24,000 bases of DNA from positions 167,629 to 191,628 of the forward strand of contig NZ_QZEZ01000004.1 in assembly GCF_003594885.1 (NCBI RefSeq), in the 5' to 3' direction. The DNA comes from Vallicoccus soli. Lineage in GTDB: Bacteria > Actinomycetota > Actinomycetes > Motilibacterales > Motilibacteraceae. The number at the start of each line of letters is the position of its first letter. Position 1 is the first letter of the stretch. The position numbers and the translations under genes are program-made. Positions 8,510 through 18,967 of the stretch are shown piece after piece. The notes beneath the pieces were generated by a model. That model saw only the letters and a program-made list of their open reading frames with translations. It ran no database searches and was not told the origin of the DNA.

Positions 8510-9982
8510 GTGCGGGACGGGGGGCGGGTGCGCGTACGGCCGACCGCGCGCCGCGGCGCCCTGCCGGCGGCCCTCGCGGCGGTGCTGCTGGCGACCGGGG
8601 CGCCCGCCCCAGCGGCCACCACGGACCCCGGCGCCGCCCCTGCCGGCACCCCCCCTGCCGGCACCGCCCCTGCCGGCACCGCCCCTGCGGACGGCGGCCC
8701 CGGCACCGCCCCGCCGGTGCTCGGGGCCCTCGACGCCGCGGCGCCCGCCCCGGGGCCCGTCGGGCTCGCCCGGGCCCTCGACCCGCTCCTCGCCGACCCG
8801 GACCTGGGCCCCGCGGTCAGCGCGACCGTCGTCGACGCCGCCACCGGCCGCCCGCTGTTCCGCCGCTCCGGGGACGTGCCGCGCATCCCGGCGTCGGTGA
8901 CCAAGGTCGTCACCGCGGCCGCCGTGCTGCGCGCCCTCGGCCCGGACGCGGTCCTGCGCACGAGCGTCGTCCCCGGTGCGCGGGACGGCTCGCTCGTGCT
9001 CGTCGGGGGCGGCGACCCGCTGCTCACGGCCCGCGAGCGCGAGCCCGGCGCGCTGCGGCCCGCCTCGCTCGTCGACCTCGCCGACGCGACCGCCGCGGTG
9101 CTGCGGGAGCGGCGGGGCGCGGCCGGTGGCCCGGCGCCCGTCGCGCTCGCCGTCGACGACCGCCTCTTCTCCGGGCCGGGCGCCGCGCCGAGCTGGAAGC
9201 CGAGCTACGTGGGCGACGGCGAGGTCGCGCCGGTCGCGGCCCTGGCCGCCGACCACGGCCTGGCCCGCCCCGGCACCGGCGACGACGCACGGGTGGGCGA
9301 CCCGGCGCTGGCGGCCGGGGAGTCCTTCGCCGCGCTGTTGCGCGAGCGCGGGGTGCCGGTGCGCGGAGCGGTGCGCCGCGCCGCCGCGCCCGCGGGGGCG
9401 CAGCCGCTCGCCGAGGTCGCCTCCCCGCCGGTCTCCGCGCTCGTCGAGCGCATGCTGCAGGCGAGCGACAACGACGTGGCCGAGGCGCTCGCCCGGCACG
9501 CCGCCGTCGCCGAGGGGGCGGCCGCCGACTTCGCGGGAGCCGGGGCGACGACGACCGGGGCCCTGCGCGAGGAGGTCGCGGACCTCGGGCCCGCCGCGGG
9601 GCGCCTGCGCCTGCTCGACGGCAGCGGCCTGTCCCGGGGCAACCGGCTGACGAGCGACGCGGTGGCGCTGCTGCTCGCCGAGGCCGGCGACGCCGGCGAC
9701 GGCCGCCCGCTCGAGGCGCTGCTGCCGGGCCTGCCGGTCGCCGGGTTCAGCGGCACGCTCGCCACCCGCTACCTCGAGGGACCGGCCCGCTCCGGTGCGG
9801 GGCTGGTGCGCGCGAAGACCGGCAGCCTGAGCGGCGTCACGACGCTGGCCGGGCAGGTCGTCGACGCCCGCGGGCGGCTGCTCACCTTCGCCGTCCTCGC
9901 CGACGACGTCACCGACGCCTACGGCGCCCGCGCCGCGCTCGACCGCGTCGTCGCCGCCGTCGCCGCCTGCGCCTGCGGCTGA
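8510..9982 (+). CDS. dacB: D-alanyl-D-alanine carboxypeptidase/endopeptidase, PBP4 (peptidase S13) family
   Basis: Signal peptide and an Ala/Pro/Gly/Thr linker. Motifs SxxK (SVTKV), SxN (SDN) and KTG (RAKTGSL) occur in order. GTG start at 8510 (alternative 8528). Lies divergent to ppa, as in mycobacteria. Confidence 0.9.
   Translation: MRDGGRVRVRPTARRGALPAALAAVLLATGAPAPAATTDPGAAPAGTPPAGTAPAGTAPADGGPGTAPPVLGALDAAAPAPGPVGLARALDPLLADPDLGPAVSATVVDAATGRPLFRRSGDVPRIPASVTKVVTAAAVLRALGPDAVLRTSVVPGARDGSLVLVGGGDPLLTAREREPGALRPASLVDLADATAAVLRERRGAAGGPAPVALAVDDRLFSGPGAAPSWKPSYVGDGEVAPVAALAADHGLARPGTGDDARVGDPALAAGESFAALLRERGVPVRGAVRRAAAPAGAQPLAEVASPPVSALVERMLQASDNDVAEALARHAAVAEGAAADFAGAGATTTGALREEVADLGPAAGRLRLLDGSGLSRGNRLTSDAVALLLAEAGDAGDGRPLEALLPGLPVAGFSGTLATRYLEGPARSGAGLVRAKTGSLSGVTTLAGQVVDARGRLLTFAVLADDVTDAYGARAALDRVVAAVAACACG
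8636..8690 (+). repeat. 15-bp in-frame tandem repeat (about 3.6 copies) inside dacB
   Basis: GCCCCTGCCGGCACC / CCCCCTGCCGGCACC / GCCCCTGCCGGCACC / GCCCCTGCGG. It encodes the (PAGTx)n linker [17 protein letters not shown]. Confidence 0.9.
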
Positions 9983-10037
9983 CCCCCCGCCCGGCCCGCG
10001 CCGGCCCGCACCGGCCGGGCCCGGACCCGTCGCCGCC

Positions 10038-10076
10038 GTCCCGCAGCGGTCCCGCAGCGGTCCCGCAGCGGTCCCG
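10038..10076. repeat. 11-bp perfect tandem repeat x3 plus a partial copy
   Basis: GTCCCGCAGCG at 10038-10048, 10049-10059 and 10060-10070, then GTCCCG. It sits in the dacB/metalloprotease intergenic region. Confidence 0.92.
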
Positions 10077-10089
10077 GGCCCGGCCCGCC

Positions 10090-10095
10090 TACCGT
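10090..10095 (+). promoter_or_regulatory. Candidate -10 hexamer TACCGT placed for a leaderless transcript starting at ATG 10103
   Basis: The TANNNT hexamer ends 7 nt before ATG 10103, and no SD is visible. Inference only. Confidence 0.3.
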
Positions 10096-10102
10096 GGGGC
10101 GC

Positions 10103-11263
10103 ATGAGCGACGCGGCGGGCGCCACCGGCCCGAGGACCCCGGGGCCCGGCGGGCCCGACACGGTCGACTGGGACCTCGCGGTCACGACGGCGGAGCGCCT
10201 CGTGCGCCCGGGCCCGGCGGTGACCCGCGACGAGGCGCGCGCCGTCGTCGCCGACCTGCACCGGCACGCGGTGGCGGCGCAGCGGCACGTGCGCGACGTG
10301 ACGGGCCTGCACGCGCCGGCCGGGGGCGCCTCCGGCGTGGCGGTGATCGACCGGCCGGGGTGGGTGCGGGCCAACGCCGCCGGGTTCCGCACGCTGCTCG
10401 AGCCGCTCGCCGAGGTGCTCAAGGAGAAGCGCGGCGGACGCACCTCGGCGCTCGCGCAGGCCGTCGGCCCGCGGGTGACCGCCGTGGAGACGGGGGCGCT
10501 GCTCGCCTTCCTCTCCGGCAAGGTGCTCGGGCAGTACGAGCTCTTCCCCCCGTGGGGCGGGGACGCGGACCCCGGCGCGGCGCCGGCCGGGCGCCTGCTG
10601 CTCGTCGCGCCGAACGTCGTGCAGGCCGAGCGCGACATGGGCGTGGACCCCCGCGACTTCCGGCTGTGGGTCTGCGTGCACGAGGAGACCCACCGGGTGC
10701 AGTTCGGCGCGGTGCCGTGGCTGCGCACCCACCTCGTCGGCGAGGTGCGCGCCCTCGTCGAGGCGACGGACGTCGACCCCGCCGTGCTGCTGCGCCGCCT
10801 GCGGACGGCCGCGGGAGCGGTCGGCGACGCGCTGCGGGCCGGGCCGGAGGCGGCGCCCGACGGCGGCACCTCGCTGCTCGAGGCCGTGCAGTCCCCGCGC
10901 CAGCGCGAGGTCCTCGACCGGATCACTGCGCTCATGTCGCTGCTCGAGGGCCACGCCGACGTCGTCATGGACGCCGTCGGCCCCGCGGTCATCCCGTCGG
11001 TGGCGCAGATCCGCGAGCGCTTCCAGCGCCGGCGCGAGGGGTCCGGCCGCCTCGACGTGGCCCTGCGCCGGCTGCTGGGGCTCGACGCCAAGATGCGGCA
11101 GTACCGCGACGGGGCGCGCTTCGTCGAGGGGGTCGTGGCGCGGGTCGGGATGGACGGCTTCAACACGGTGTGGACCTCGCCCGAGACCCTGCCGACCCGG
11201 GCCGAGCTCGCCGACCCGGCGGCGTGGGTCGCGCGCACCGGCCCGCGCCGGATCGGCGCCTAG
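10103..11263 (+). CDS. Zinc-dependent metalloprotease-like protein (HExxH), conserved actinobacterial protein upstream of tilS (Rv3626c-like)
   Basis: HExxH motif in [11 protein letters not shown]. Non-repetitive, soluble-type composition. Positioned between dacB and tilS. The track ORF starts at GTG 10094. ATG 10103 is preferred because it fits the leaderless geometry. Confidence 0.8.
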   Translation: MSDAAGATGPRTPGPGGPDTVDWDLAVTTAERLVRPGPAVTRDEARAVVADLHRHAVAAQRHVRDVTGLHAPAGGASGVAVIDRPGWVRANAAGFRTLLEPLAEVLKEKRGGRTSALAQAVGPRVTAVETGALLAFLSGKVLGQYELFPPWGGDADPGAAPAGRLLLVAPNVVQAERDMGVDPRDFRLWVCVHEETHRVQFGAVPWLRTHLVGEVRALVEATDVDPAVLLRRLRTAAGAVGDALRAGPEAAPDGGTSLLEAVQSPRQREVLDRITALMSLLEGHADVVMDAVGPAVIPSVAQIRERFQRRREGSGRLDVALRRLLGLDAKMRQYRDGARFVEGVVARVGMDGFNTVWTSPETLPTRAELADPAAWVARTGPRRIGA

Positions 11264-11268
11264 CGCCC

Positions 11269-12327
11269 GTGGCCGGCCCGGCCCCCGCCGTCGCCGACGT
11301 GCGCCGCGCCGTCCGGGCCGGCTTGGCCGGGCTCGCCGGGCTGGAGCCCGGCGCCCTCGTCCTCGTCGCCTGCAGCGGCGGGGCCGACTCGCTCGCGCTC
11401 GCTGCCGCCACCGCCTCCGTGGCACCGCGGGCCGGGCTGCGCGCCGGGGCGGTCACCGTCGACCACGGGCTGCAGGAGGGCTCCGCGGCGCGGGCGGGCG
11501 CCGTCGCCGGGGTGCTGCGGCGGCTCGGGCTCGACCCGGTCGAGGTCGCGGCCGTACGGGTCGGGGGGCGCGGCGGCCCCGAGGCGGCGGCCCGCGACGC
11601 CCGGTACGCCGCCCTGCGCTCCGCCGCCGCCGCGCACGGCGCCGCGGCGGTCCTGCTCGGGCACACCCGCGACGACCAGGCCGAGACCGTCCTGCTCGGG
11701 CTCGCCCGCGGGTCGGGCGCGCGCTCGCTGGCCGGGATGGCGGCGGTGGGGGTGCTGCCGGGCGGGCCGGCCGGGCCGGGCGGGCCGGGCGGCGCGCAGG
11801 GGCCGGCGCTGCTGCGCCCCCTGCTCGGGCTCGACCGCGGCACGACCCGGGCCGCGTGCGCGGCGCTCGGCCTCGCCCCGTGGGACGACCCGCACAACGC
11901 CGACCCGGCGTACGCCCGGGCCCGCGCGCGCCACCGGGCCCTGCCCGCGCTCGAGGCGGCGCTGGGGCCGGGGGTCGCCGCGGCGCTGGCCCGCACGGCG
12001 GACCTGCTGCGCGACGACGCGGACGCGCTCGACGCCTGGGCCTCGCGCGCCGCGGCCGCCTGCACCGGCCCCGACGGCACGCTCGACGCGGCGGGCCTGG
12101 CCGCGGAGCCGGCGGCCGTGCGGCGCCGGGTGCTGCGCCGGGCGGCGCTCGCGGCGGGCTGCCCGGCCGGCGCCCTGACGGCCGGCCACCTGGCCGCGCT
12201 CGACGGCCTGCTCACCCGGTGGCGGGGCCAGGGGCCGCTCGACCTGCCCGGCGGTGTCGGCGCCGCGCGGCGCTGTGGCAGGCTCTCCCTGGCCCGCCGG
12301 GCGGCGGGCGGCGGCAGTGGTGCCTGA
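11269..12327 (+). CDS. tilS: tRNA(Ile)-lysidine synthetase
   Basis: PP-loop motif [13 protein letters not shown], then [23 protein letters not shown] 11269 lies 5 nt after the upstream stop. The track ORF 10360-12327 is the same frame, spuriously extended upstream. Confidence 0.9.
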   Translation: MAGPAPAVADVRRAVRAGLAGLAGLEPGALVLVACSGGADSLALAAATASVAPRAGLRAGAVTVDHGLQEGSAARAGAVAGVLRRLGLDPVEVAAVRVGGRGGPEAAARDARYAALRSAAAAHGAAAVLLGHTRDDQAETVLLGLARGSGARSLAGMAAVGVLPGGPAGPGGPGGAQGPALLRPLLGLDRGTTRAACAALGLAPWDDPHNADPAYARARARHRALPALEAALGPGVAAALARTADLLRDDADALDAWASRAAAACTGPDGTLDAAGLAAEPAAVRRRVLRRAALAAGCPAGALTAGHLAALDGLLTRWRGQGPLDLPGGVGAARRCGRLSLARRAAGGGSGA

Positions 12328-12340
12328 GGAGGCGACGCGG

Positions 12341-12895
12341 GTGGACCAGCGGGACATGGGCGCCGACCTCGAGTCGGTGCTCGTGAGCGAGGAGCAGATC
12401 CGCACCCGCCTCGGCGAGCTCGCCGCGCAGATCGACGCGGACTACGCGGGCCGCGACCTGCTGCTCGTGGGCGTGCTCAAGGGCGCGGTCATGGTCATGG
12501 CCGACCTGGCCCGCGCGCTGCACGCGCCCGCCGAGATGGACTGGATGGCCGTGTCGTCGTACGGCTCGGGGACGAAGTCCTCGGGGGTCGTGCGGATCCT
12601 CAAGGACCTCGACAAGGACATCGGCGGGCGGCACGTCCTCGTCGTCGAGGACATCATCGACTCCGGGCTCACCCTGTCGTGGCTGCTCGCCAACCTCGGC
12701 TCGCGCGGGCCCGCCTCGCTCGAGGTCGCCACCCTGCTGCGCAAGCCGGAGGCGGCGAAGGTGGAGATCGACGTGCGCTACGTCGGGTTCGAGATCCCCA
12801 ACGAGTTCGTCGTCGGCTACGGCCTGGACTACGCCGAGCGCTACCGCAACCTGCCCTTCGTGGGCACCCTCGCCCCGCACGTCTACTCCTCCTGA
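12341..12895 (+). CDS. hpt: Hypoxanthine-guanine phosphoribosyltransferase
   Basis: PRPP-binding motif [15 protein letters not shown], and [25 protein letters not shown] at 12326-12332, with GTG 12341 at 8-nt spacing. An alternative ATG lies at 12356. Confidence 0.95.
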   Translation: MDQRDMGADLESVLVSEEQIRTRLGELAAQIDADYAGRDLLLVGVLKGAVMVMADLARALHAPAEMDWMAVSSYGSGTKSSGVVRILKDLDKDIGGRHVLVVEDIIDSGLTLSWLLANLGSRGPASLEVATLLRKPEAAKVEIDVRYVGFEIPNEFVVGYGLDYAERYRNLPFVGTLAPHVYSS

Positions 12896-13087
12896 GCCGA
12901 CGCGCGACGCCCCGTCGCGACGCCCCGCGGGAGCGGGGAGGAACACCGGCCGCGCGCGGCGCGTTCTGACCGACGTCGGTGACGCCCGCCCCGCCCCGTT
13001 CGCCGAGCGGCGGGCACGGTGCGTGCGTGTACCTTCGACAGACACCATCCGTCGGGCAGGAGGGACGGGGCGCCCCCGCCCCGGTTG

Positions 13088-15115
<2,028 letters not shown>

Positions 15116-15119
15116 GCCG

Positions 15120-15734
15120 GTGGTCGACCCGGTCACCCTGCCGCCCGCCGAGGGCACCCCCGCACCCCGCCCGTTCGACGCCGCGCGCGTCGAGCGGGCG
15201 GTGCGCGAGATCCTCCTGGGCATCGGGGAGGACCCCGACCGCGACGGCCTGCGCGACACCCCGGCGCGGGTGGCGCGGGCGTACCGCGAGGTCTTCGCCG
15301 GCCTGGCGATGGAGCCCGAGTCGGTGCTCGCCACGACGTTCGACCTCGGGCACGACGAGATGGTGCTCGTCAAGGACATCGAGCTCTACAGCACGTGCGA
15401 GCACCACCTGGTCCCGTTCCACGGGGTGGCGCACGTGGGCTACGTCCCGAGCGCGGACGGGCGCATCACCGGGCTGTCCAAGCTCGCCCGGCTCGTCGAC
15501 CTCTACGCCCGCCGCCCGCAGGTGCAGGAGCGGCTCACCACGCAGGTCGCCGACGCCATGGTGCGGGTGCTGCAGCCGCGCGGGGTCATCGTCGTCCTGG
15601 AGTGCGAGCACCTGTGCATGTCGATGCGCGGGATCCGCAAGCCGGGCTCGCGCACCGTCACCTCCGCCGTGCGCGGGGGGCTGCGCGACCCCGCCACGCG
15701 CGCCGAGGCGATGAGCCTCATCATGGGCCGCTGA
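15120..15734 (+). CDS. folE: GTP cyclohydrolase I
   Basis: [20 protein letters not shown], and [19 protein letters not shown] 15120 lies 4 nt after the ftsH stop and follows a GAGGG SD. Confidence 0.95.
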   Translation: MVDPVTLPPAEGTPAPRPFDAARVERAVREILLGIGEDPDRDGLRDTPARVARAYREVFAGLAMEPESVLATTFDLGHDEMVLVKDIELYSTCEHHLVPFHGVAHVGYVPSADGRITGLSKLARLVDLYARRPQVQERLTTQVADAMVRVLQPRGVIVVLECEHLCMSMRGIRKPGSRTVTSAVRGGLRDPATRAEAMSLIMGR

Positions 15735-15822
15735 GCGGGGGAGCCGGAGCCCGCGGGGTGTGGCGCACCCCTCGTCCACAGCCCGGCACGGGCGCCGCGG
15801 CGGCGCCCCTAGGCTGGGCGCG

Positions 15823-16692
15823 ATGACCCAGCCGGCCGCCCCCGTCGCGCCACCGCCCACCACGGGCGGGCGGTGCCTCGTCATGGGCGTGCTCAACGTG
15901 ACGGCCGACTCGTTCTCCGACGGCGGGCGCTGGCTCGACCACGGCGCCGCGGTGGAGCACGGCCTGGCGCTGGCCGCGCAGGGCGCGGACCTCGTCGACG
16001 TCGGCGGCGAGTCCACCCGCCCCGGGGCCGCGCGGGTCCCGGCCGAGGACGAGCGGGCCCGGGTGCTCCCGGTCGTGCGCGCGCTGGCCGCGGCGGGCGT
16101 CGCGGTCAGCATCGACACGATGCGCGCCTCCACGGCCGAGGCCGCGCTCGCGGCGGGCGCGGTGCTCGTCAACGACGTCAGCGGCGGGCTCGCCGACCCC
16201 GACGTGCCGCGGGTCGTCGCCGCCGCGGGGGTGCCCTACGTGCTCATGCACTGGCGCGGGCACTCCGAGCGCATGCAGGAGCTCGCGGCGTACGGCGACG
16301 TGGTCGCCGACGTGCGCGACGAGCTCGCCGCGCGGCTCGTGGCCGTCGTCGCCGCCGGCGTCGAGCCCGCGCGCGTGGTGCTCGACCCCGGCCTCGGCTT
16401 CGCCAAGACCGCGGCGCACAACTGGGCGCTGCTGGCCCGCCTCGGCGAGCTCGCCGCGCTGGGCCGGCCGCTGCTCGTCGGCGCCTCCCGCAAGGCGTTC
16501 CTCGGGGCGCTGCTCGCCGACCCGGACGGGACCCCGCGCCCGGCCGCCCGCCGCGACGCTGCGACGGCGGCGGTGAGCGCCCTCGCCGCGGCGGCGGGCG
16601 CGTGGTGCGTGCGGGTGCACGACGTGCCGGGCACCCTCGACGCGGTGCGCGTCGCGGCCGCGCTGCGCGGCGCCGGGGCGGGGGCGGCGTGA
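15823..16692 (+). CDS. folP: Dihydropteroate synthase
   Basis: VMGVLNVTADSFSDGG, DVGGESTRPGA, and LDPGLGFAKT. ATG 15823 is preferred over the track start at 15760. Confidence 0.95.
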   Translation: MTQPAAPVAPPPTTGGRCLVMGVLNVTADSFSDGGRWLDHGAAVEHGLALAAQGADLVDVGGESTRPGAARVPAEDERARVLPVVRALAAAGVAVSIDTMRASTAEAALAAGAVLVNDVSGGLADPDVPRVVAAAGVPYVLMHWRGHSERMQELAAYGDVVADVRDELAARLVAVVAAGVEPARVVLDPGLGFAKTAAHNWALLARLGELAALGRPLLVGASRKAFLGALLADPDGTPRPAARRDAATAAVSALAAAAGAWCVRVHDVPGTLDAVRVAAALRGAGAGAA

Positions 16693-17207
16693 GCGACCCC
16701 GACGTCCGCGCGGTCACGGCGGCGCACACCGGGCTCTACCGGGCCGTCGAGACCGGCGACCTCGACCTCATGGGGGCGGTGTGGGTGGACGGCCCCGACG
16801 CCGCCACGGCGGTGTGCGTGCACCCCGGCGGCACGCCCGTCACCGGGCGGCCGGGCGTCCTGCGCTCCTGGGCCGCGCTCATGGCGGCGACCCCCTACAT
16901 CCAGTACGTCCTCACCGACCTCGAGGTGGGCCTGCGCGGGGACACCGCCGTCGTGAGCTGCGTGGAGAACGTCCTCACCGCCGCGGACCCGCCGGCACCG
17001 GGGAGCGGCGGGCCCGAGCACGCCTTCGTCGGCGGGCGGGCCGTGGCCACCACCGTCTTCCGGCGCACCGCCGGCGGCTGGCGCGCCTGGGTGCACCACG
17101 CCTCGCCCGTCGTCGACGCGCCCGACCCCTTCGCCCGCGGGCGGGGCGAGGGTCGGGCCGGGGAGCAGGACGAGCACGACGACGAGCACGACGAGGGGGG
17201 CGCATGA
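16689..17207 (+). CDS. NTF2/SnoaL-like (DUF4440-type) protein of unknown function, embedded in the folate operon
   Basis: About 172 aa. Resembles the NTF2-family proteins I recall following folP in other actinobacteria (YRAVETGDLDLMGAVWVDG...VCVHPG...VLRSW...YIQYVLTDLEV...TTVFRRTAGGWRAWVHHASPV). Acidic His-rich tail EQDEHDDEHDE. Its GTG overlaps the folP stop as GTGA, and its stop overlaps the folB ATG as ATGA. Confidence 0.7.
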   Translation: MSDPDVRAVTAAHTGLYRAVETGDLDLMGAVWVDGPDAATAVCVHPGGTPVTGRPGVLRSWAALMAATPYIQYVLTDLEVGLRGDTAVVSCVENVLTAADPPAPGSGGPEHAFVGGRAVATTVFRRTAGGWRAWVHHASPVVDAPDPFARGRGEGRAGEQDEHDDEHDEGGA

Positions 17208-17635
17208 GCACCGGCCGGACGGCGGGGGCGGGGTCCCCGGCGGGCGGCGGCGGGCCGGGCGCCCCGCGCCGCGGCCTCGACCGCATCGCGCTGCGCGGGG
17301 TGCGCGCCCGCGGGCGCCACGGCGTCCTGGCCCACGAGCGCGAGGGCGGGCAGTGGTTCGTCGTCGACGTCGTCCTCGAGCTCGACACGGCCCCCGCGGC
17401 GGCCACCGACGACCTCGCGCTCACCGCCGACTACGGTGCAGTGGCACGGGCCGTCGTGGGACTCGTCGAGGGCGAGCCCGTGGCGCTCGTCGAGACCCTC
17501 GCCGAGCGGGTGGCGGCCCTCTGCCTCGCGCAGGGGCCGGTGCAGGCCGTCGAGGTGACGGTGCACAAGCCGCAGGCCCCCGTGGACGTGCCCTTCGAGG
17601 ACGTGGCGGTGACGGTGCGCCGCACCCGCGGCTGA
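17204..17635 (+). CDS. folB: Dihydroneopterin aldolase
   Basis: DRIALRGVRARGRHGVLAHEREGGQWFVVDVVLELD, and VETLAERVA. ATG 17204 is the only in-frame start upstream of the domain. This gives a 24-aa Gly/Pro-rich N-terminal extension. Confidence 0.9.
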   Translation: MSTGRTAGAGSPAGGGGPGAPRRGLDRIALRGVRARGRHGVLAHEREGGQWFVVDVVLELDTAPAAATDDLALTADYGAVARAVVGLVEGEPVALVETLAERVAALCLAQGPVQAVEVTVHKPQAPVDVPFEDVAVTVRRTRG

Positions 17636-17754
17636 CCCGTGCCGCCGGCGGCCGTGCGACCTCCGACCGGATGCCCCCGACCGGCCCTCGACCGGCCCCC
17701 CCGACGACGACCCGACCCCCCGCACGCCCCCCGAGACCGACGACAGGAGCCAGC

Positions 17755-18372
17755 ATGGCCGACGCGCCCCGCAGCGCGACCCCCTCGGCGCACGACGCCG
17801 TCGAGCTCGTCGACACCATCACCGGGTCCCTGCGGCCCATCCGCCGCGCCGCGTTCGGGCTCGGCAGCAACCTCGGCGAGCGCGAGGAGGCCCTGCAGGG
17901 CGCCGTCGACGCGCTCCTGGAGTCGCCGGAGATCCACGCCGCGGGCGTCTCGCCGGTCTACGAGACCGCCCCGGTCGGCGGCCCCGACCAGGCGGACTAC
18001 CTCAACGCCGTGCTCGTCGTCGACACCACCCTGCCGCCGCGGGCGCTGCTCGAGCGGGCGCACGCGGTCGAGGAGGCGTACGGCCGCGACCGGGCCCGCG
18101 AGGAGCGCTGGGGCCCGCGCCCGCTCGACATCGACGTGCTCGCCGTCGGCGACCAGGTGGTGACCGGCGGGGGCGACGGCGCCGGCGGGCTCGTGCTGCC
18201 GCACCCGCGCGCGGCCGAGCGCGGGTTCGTCCTCGCGCCCTGGGCGGACGTCGACCCGGGGTTCCGGCTGCCGGGCAGCCGTACCGTGCGCGAGCTGCTC
18301 GACGAGGTCGCCGGCCGCGGCGGGCTCCAGGGCGTGCGGCGCCGCCCGGACCTGGCGCTCGTCCTGCCGTGA
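17755..18372 (+). CDS. folK: 2-amino-4-hydroxy-6-hydroxymethyldihydropteridine diphosphokinase
   Basis: FGLGSNLGEREEAL, YETAPVGGPDQADYLNAV, RPLDIDVL, and LPHPRAAERGFVLAPWADV. ATG 17755 follows the SD ACAGGAG. Confidence 0.9.
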   Translation: MADAPRSATPSAHDAVELVDTITGSLRPIRRAAFGLGSNLGEREEALQGAVDALLESPEIHAAGVSPVYETAPVGGPDQADYLNAVLVVDTTLPPRALLERAHAVEEAYGRDRAREERWGPRPLDIDVLAVGDQVVTGGGDGAGGLVLPHPRAAERGFVLAPWADVDPGFRLPGSRTVRELLDEVAGRGGLQGVRRRPDLALVLP

Positions 18373-18893
18373 CGCCGACCCGGCCGGCGGTCCTCGTCGC
18401 GCTGGTCCTCGGCGCGCTCGCGGTCGCCGCGGGCGTGCTCCTGCTGGCCCGACCCAGCCTGCCCGCCGTGCCCTGGACGCTGCCCGTCGCCCTCGGCACG
18501 GTCGCGGCCGGGCTGCTCGCGGCGTCCCTGTCGTTCCGCCGCCGGCTGCGCGGGGCGCCGGGGGCGCGCCCGTACGACCCCCTGCAGGCGGCCCGGATGG
18601 TCGTGCTCGCCAAGGCGTGCTCGCACGCCGGAGCGGTGCTGGCCGGCGCCTACGGCGGGGTGGCGCTCGCGCTCGTGCTGACCTCGAGCAGCCCGGCCCG
18701 CCGGGCCGACGCCGGGCTGTCCGCGCTCGCCGCGCTCGCCGCGCTGGGGGTGCTCGCGGTGGGCCTGCTCCTCGAGCGGTTCTGCCGCGTGCCGCCGAGC
18801 GGGCCGGGCGAACCGGGCGCACCGGGCGGCCCGGGTGGGGGCGGCCCGGGCGCTCCCGACGTCCCGGCCCCGCGGGGGCCCGCCGCCCGCTAG
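18369..18893 (+). CDS. DUF3180-like small integral membrane protein (Rv3605c-position homologue)
   Basis: 174 aa with about 4 hydrophobic helices and a Gly/Pro-rich tail. Its GTG overlaps the folK stop as GTGA. The position after folK matches what I recall for actinobacteria. Confidence 0.7.
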   Translation: MTPTRPAVLVALVLGALAVAAGVLLLARPSLPAVPWTLPVALGTVAAGLLAASLSFRRRLRGAPGARPYDPLQAARMVVLAKACSHAGAVLAGAYGGVALALVLTSSSPARRADAGLSALAALAALGVLAVGLLLERFCRVPPSGPGEPGAPGGPGGGGPGAPDVPAPRGPAAR

Positions 18894-18967
18894 CCTGCGC
18901 GTCACGACGCGTCGGGGGGCCGTCCCGGCGGCGTCGCGCCGTCCCCGGGGGGTGCCCGCTGGCCGTC

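Noticed and set aside
8069-11425. 1118-aa ORF on the minus strand across ppa, dacB and the metalloprotease
   Set aside because: It is an Arg/Gly/Pro-rich shadow frame antisense to dacB and the HExxH protein, with no recognisable motifs.
12785-12799. tRNA T-arm-like string GGGTTCGAGATCCCC
   Set aside because: It lies inside the hpt coding frame (YVGFEIP). No acceptor, D or anticodon arms can be drawn around it.
13019-13087. Track start GTG 13019 for ftsH
   Set aside because: The extra 23 aa ([23 protein letters not shown]) are not FtsH-like. MNVKRYFRG followed by a TM helix matches the canonical FtsH N-terminus.
17671-17754. Alternative folK start at ATG 17671
   Set aside because: It would add a 28-aa Pro/Thr/Arg-rich extension with no SD. 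ATG 17755 has the SD ACAGGAG at correct spacing. I kept this as a caveat in the C-rich spacer finding.
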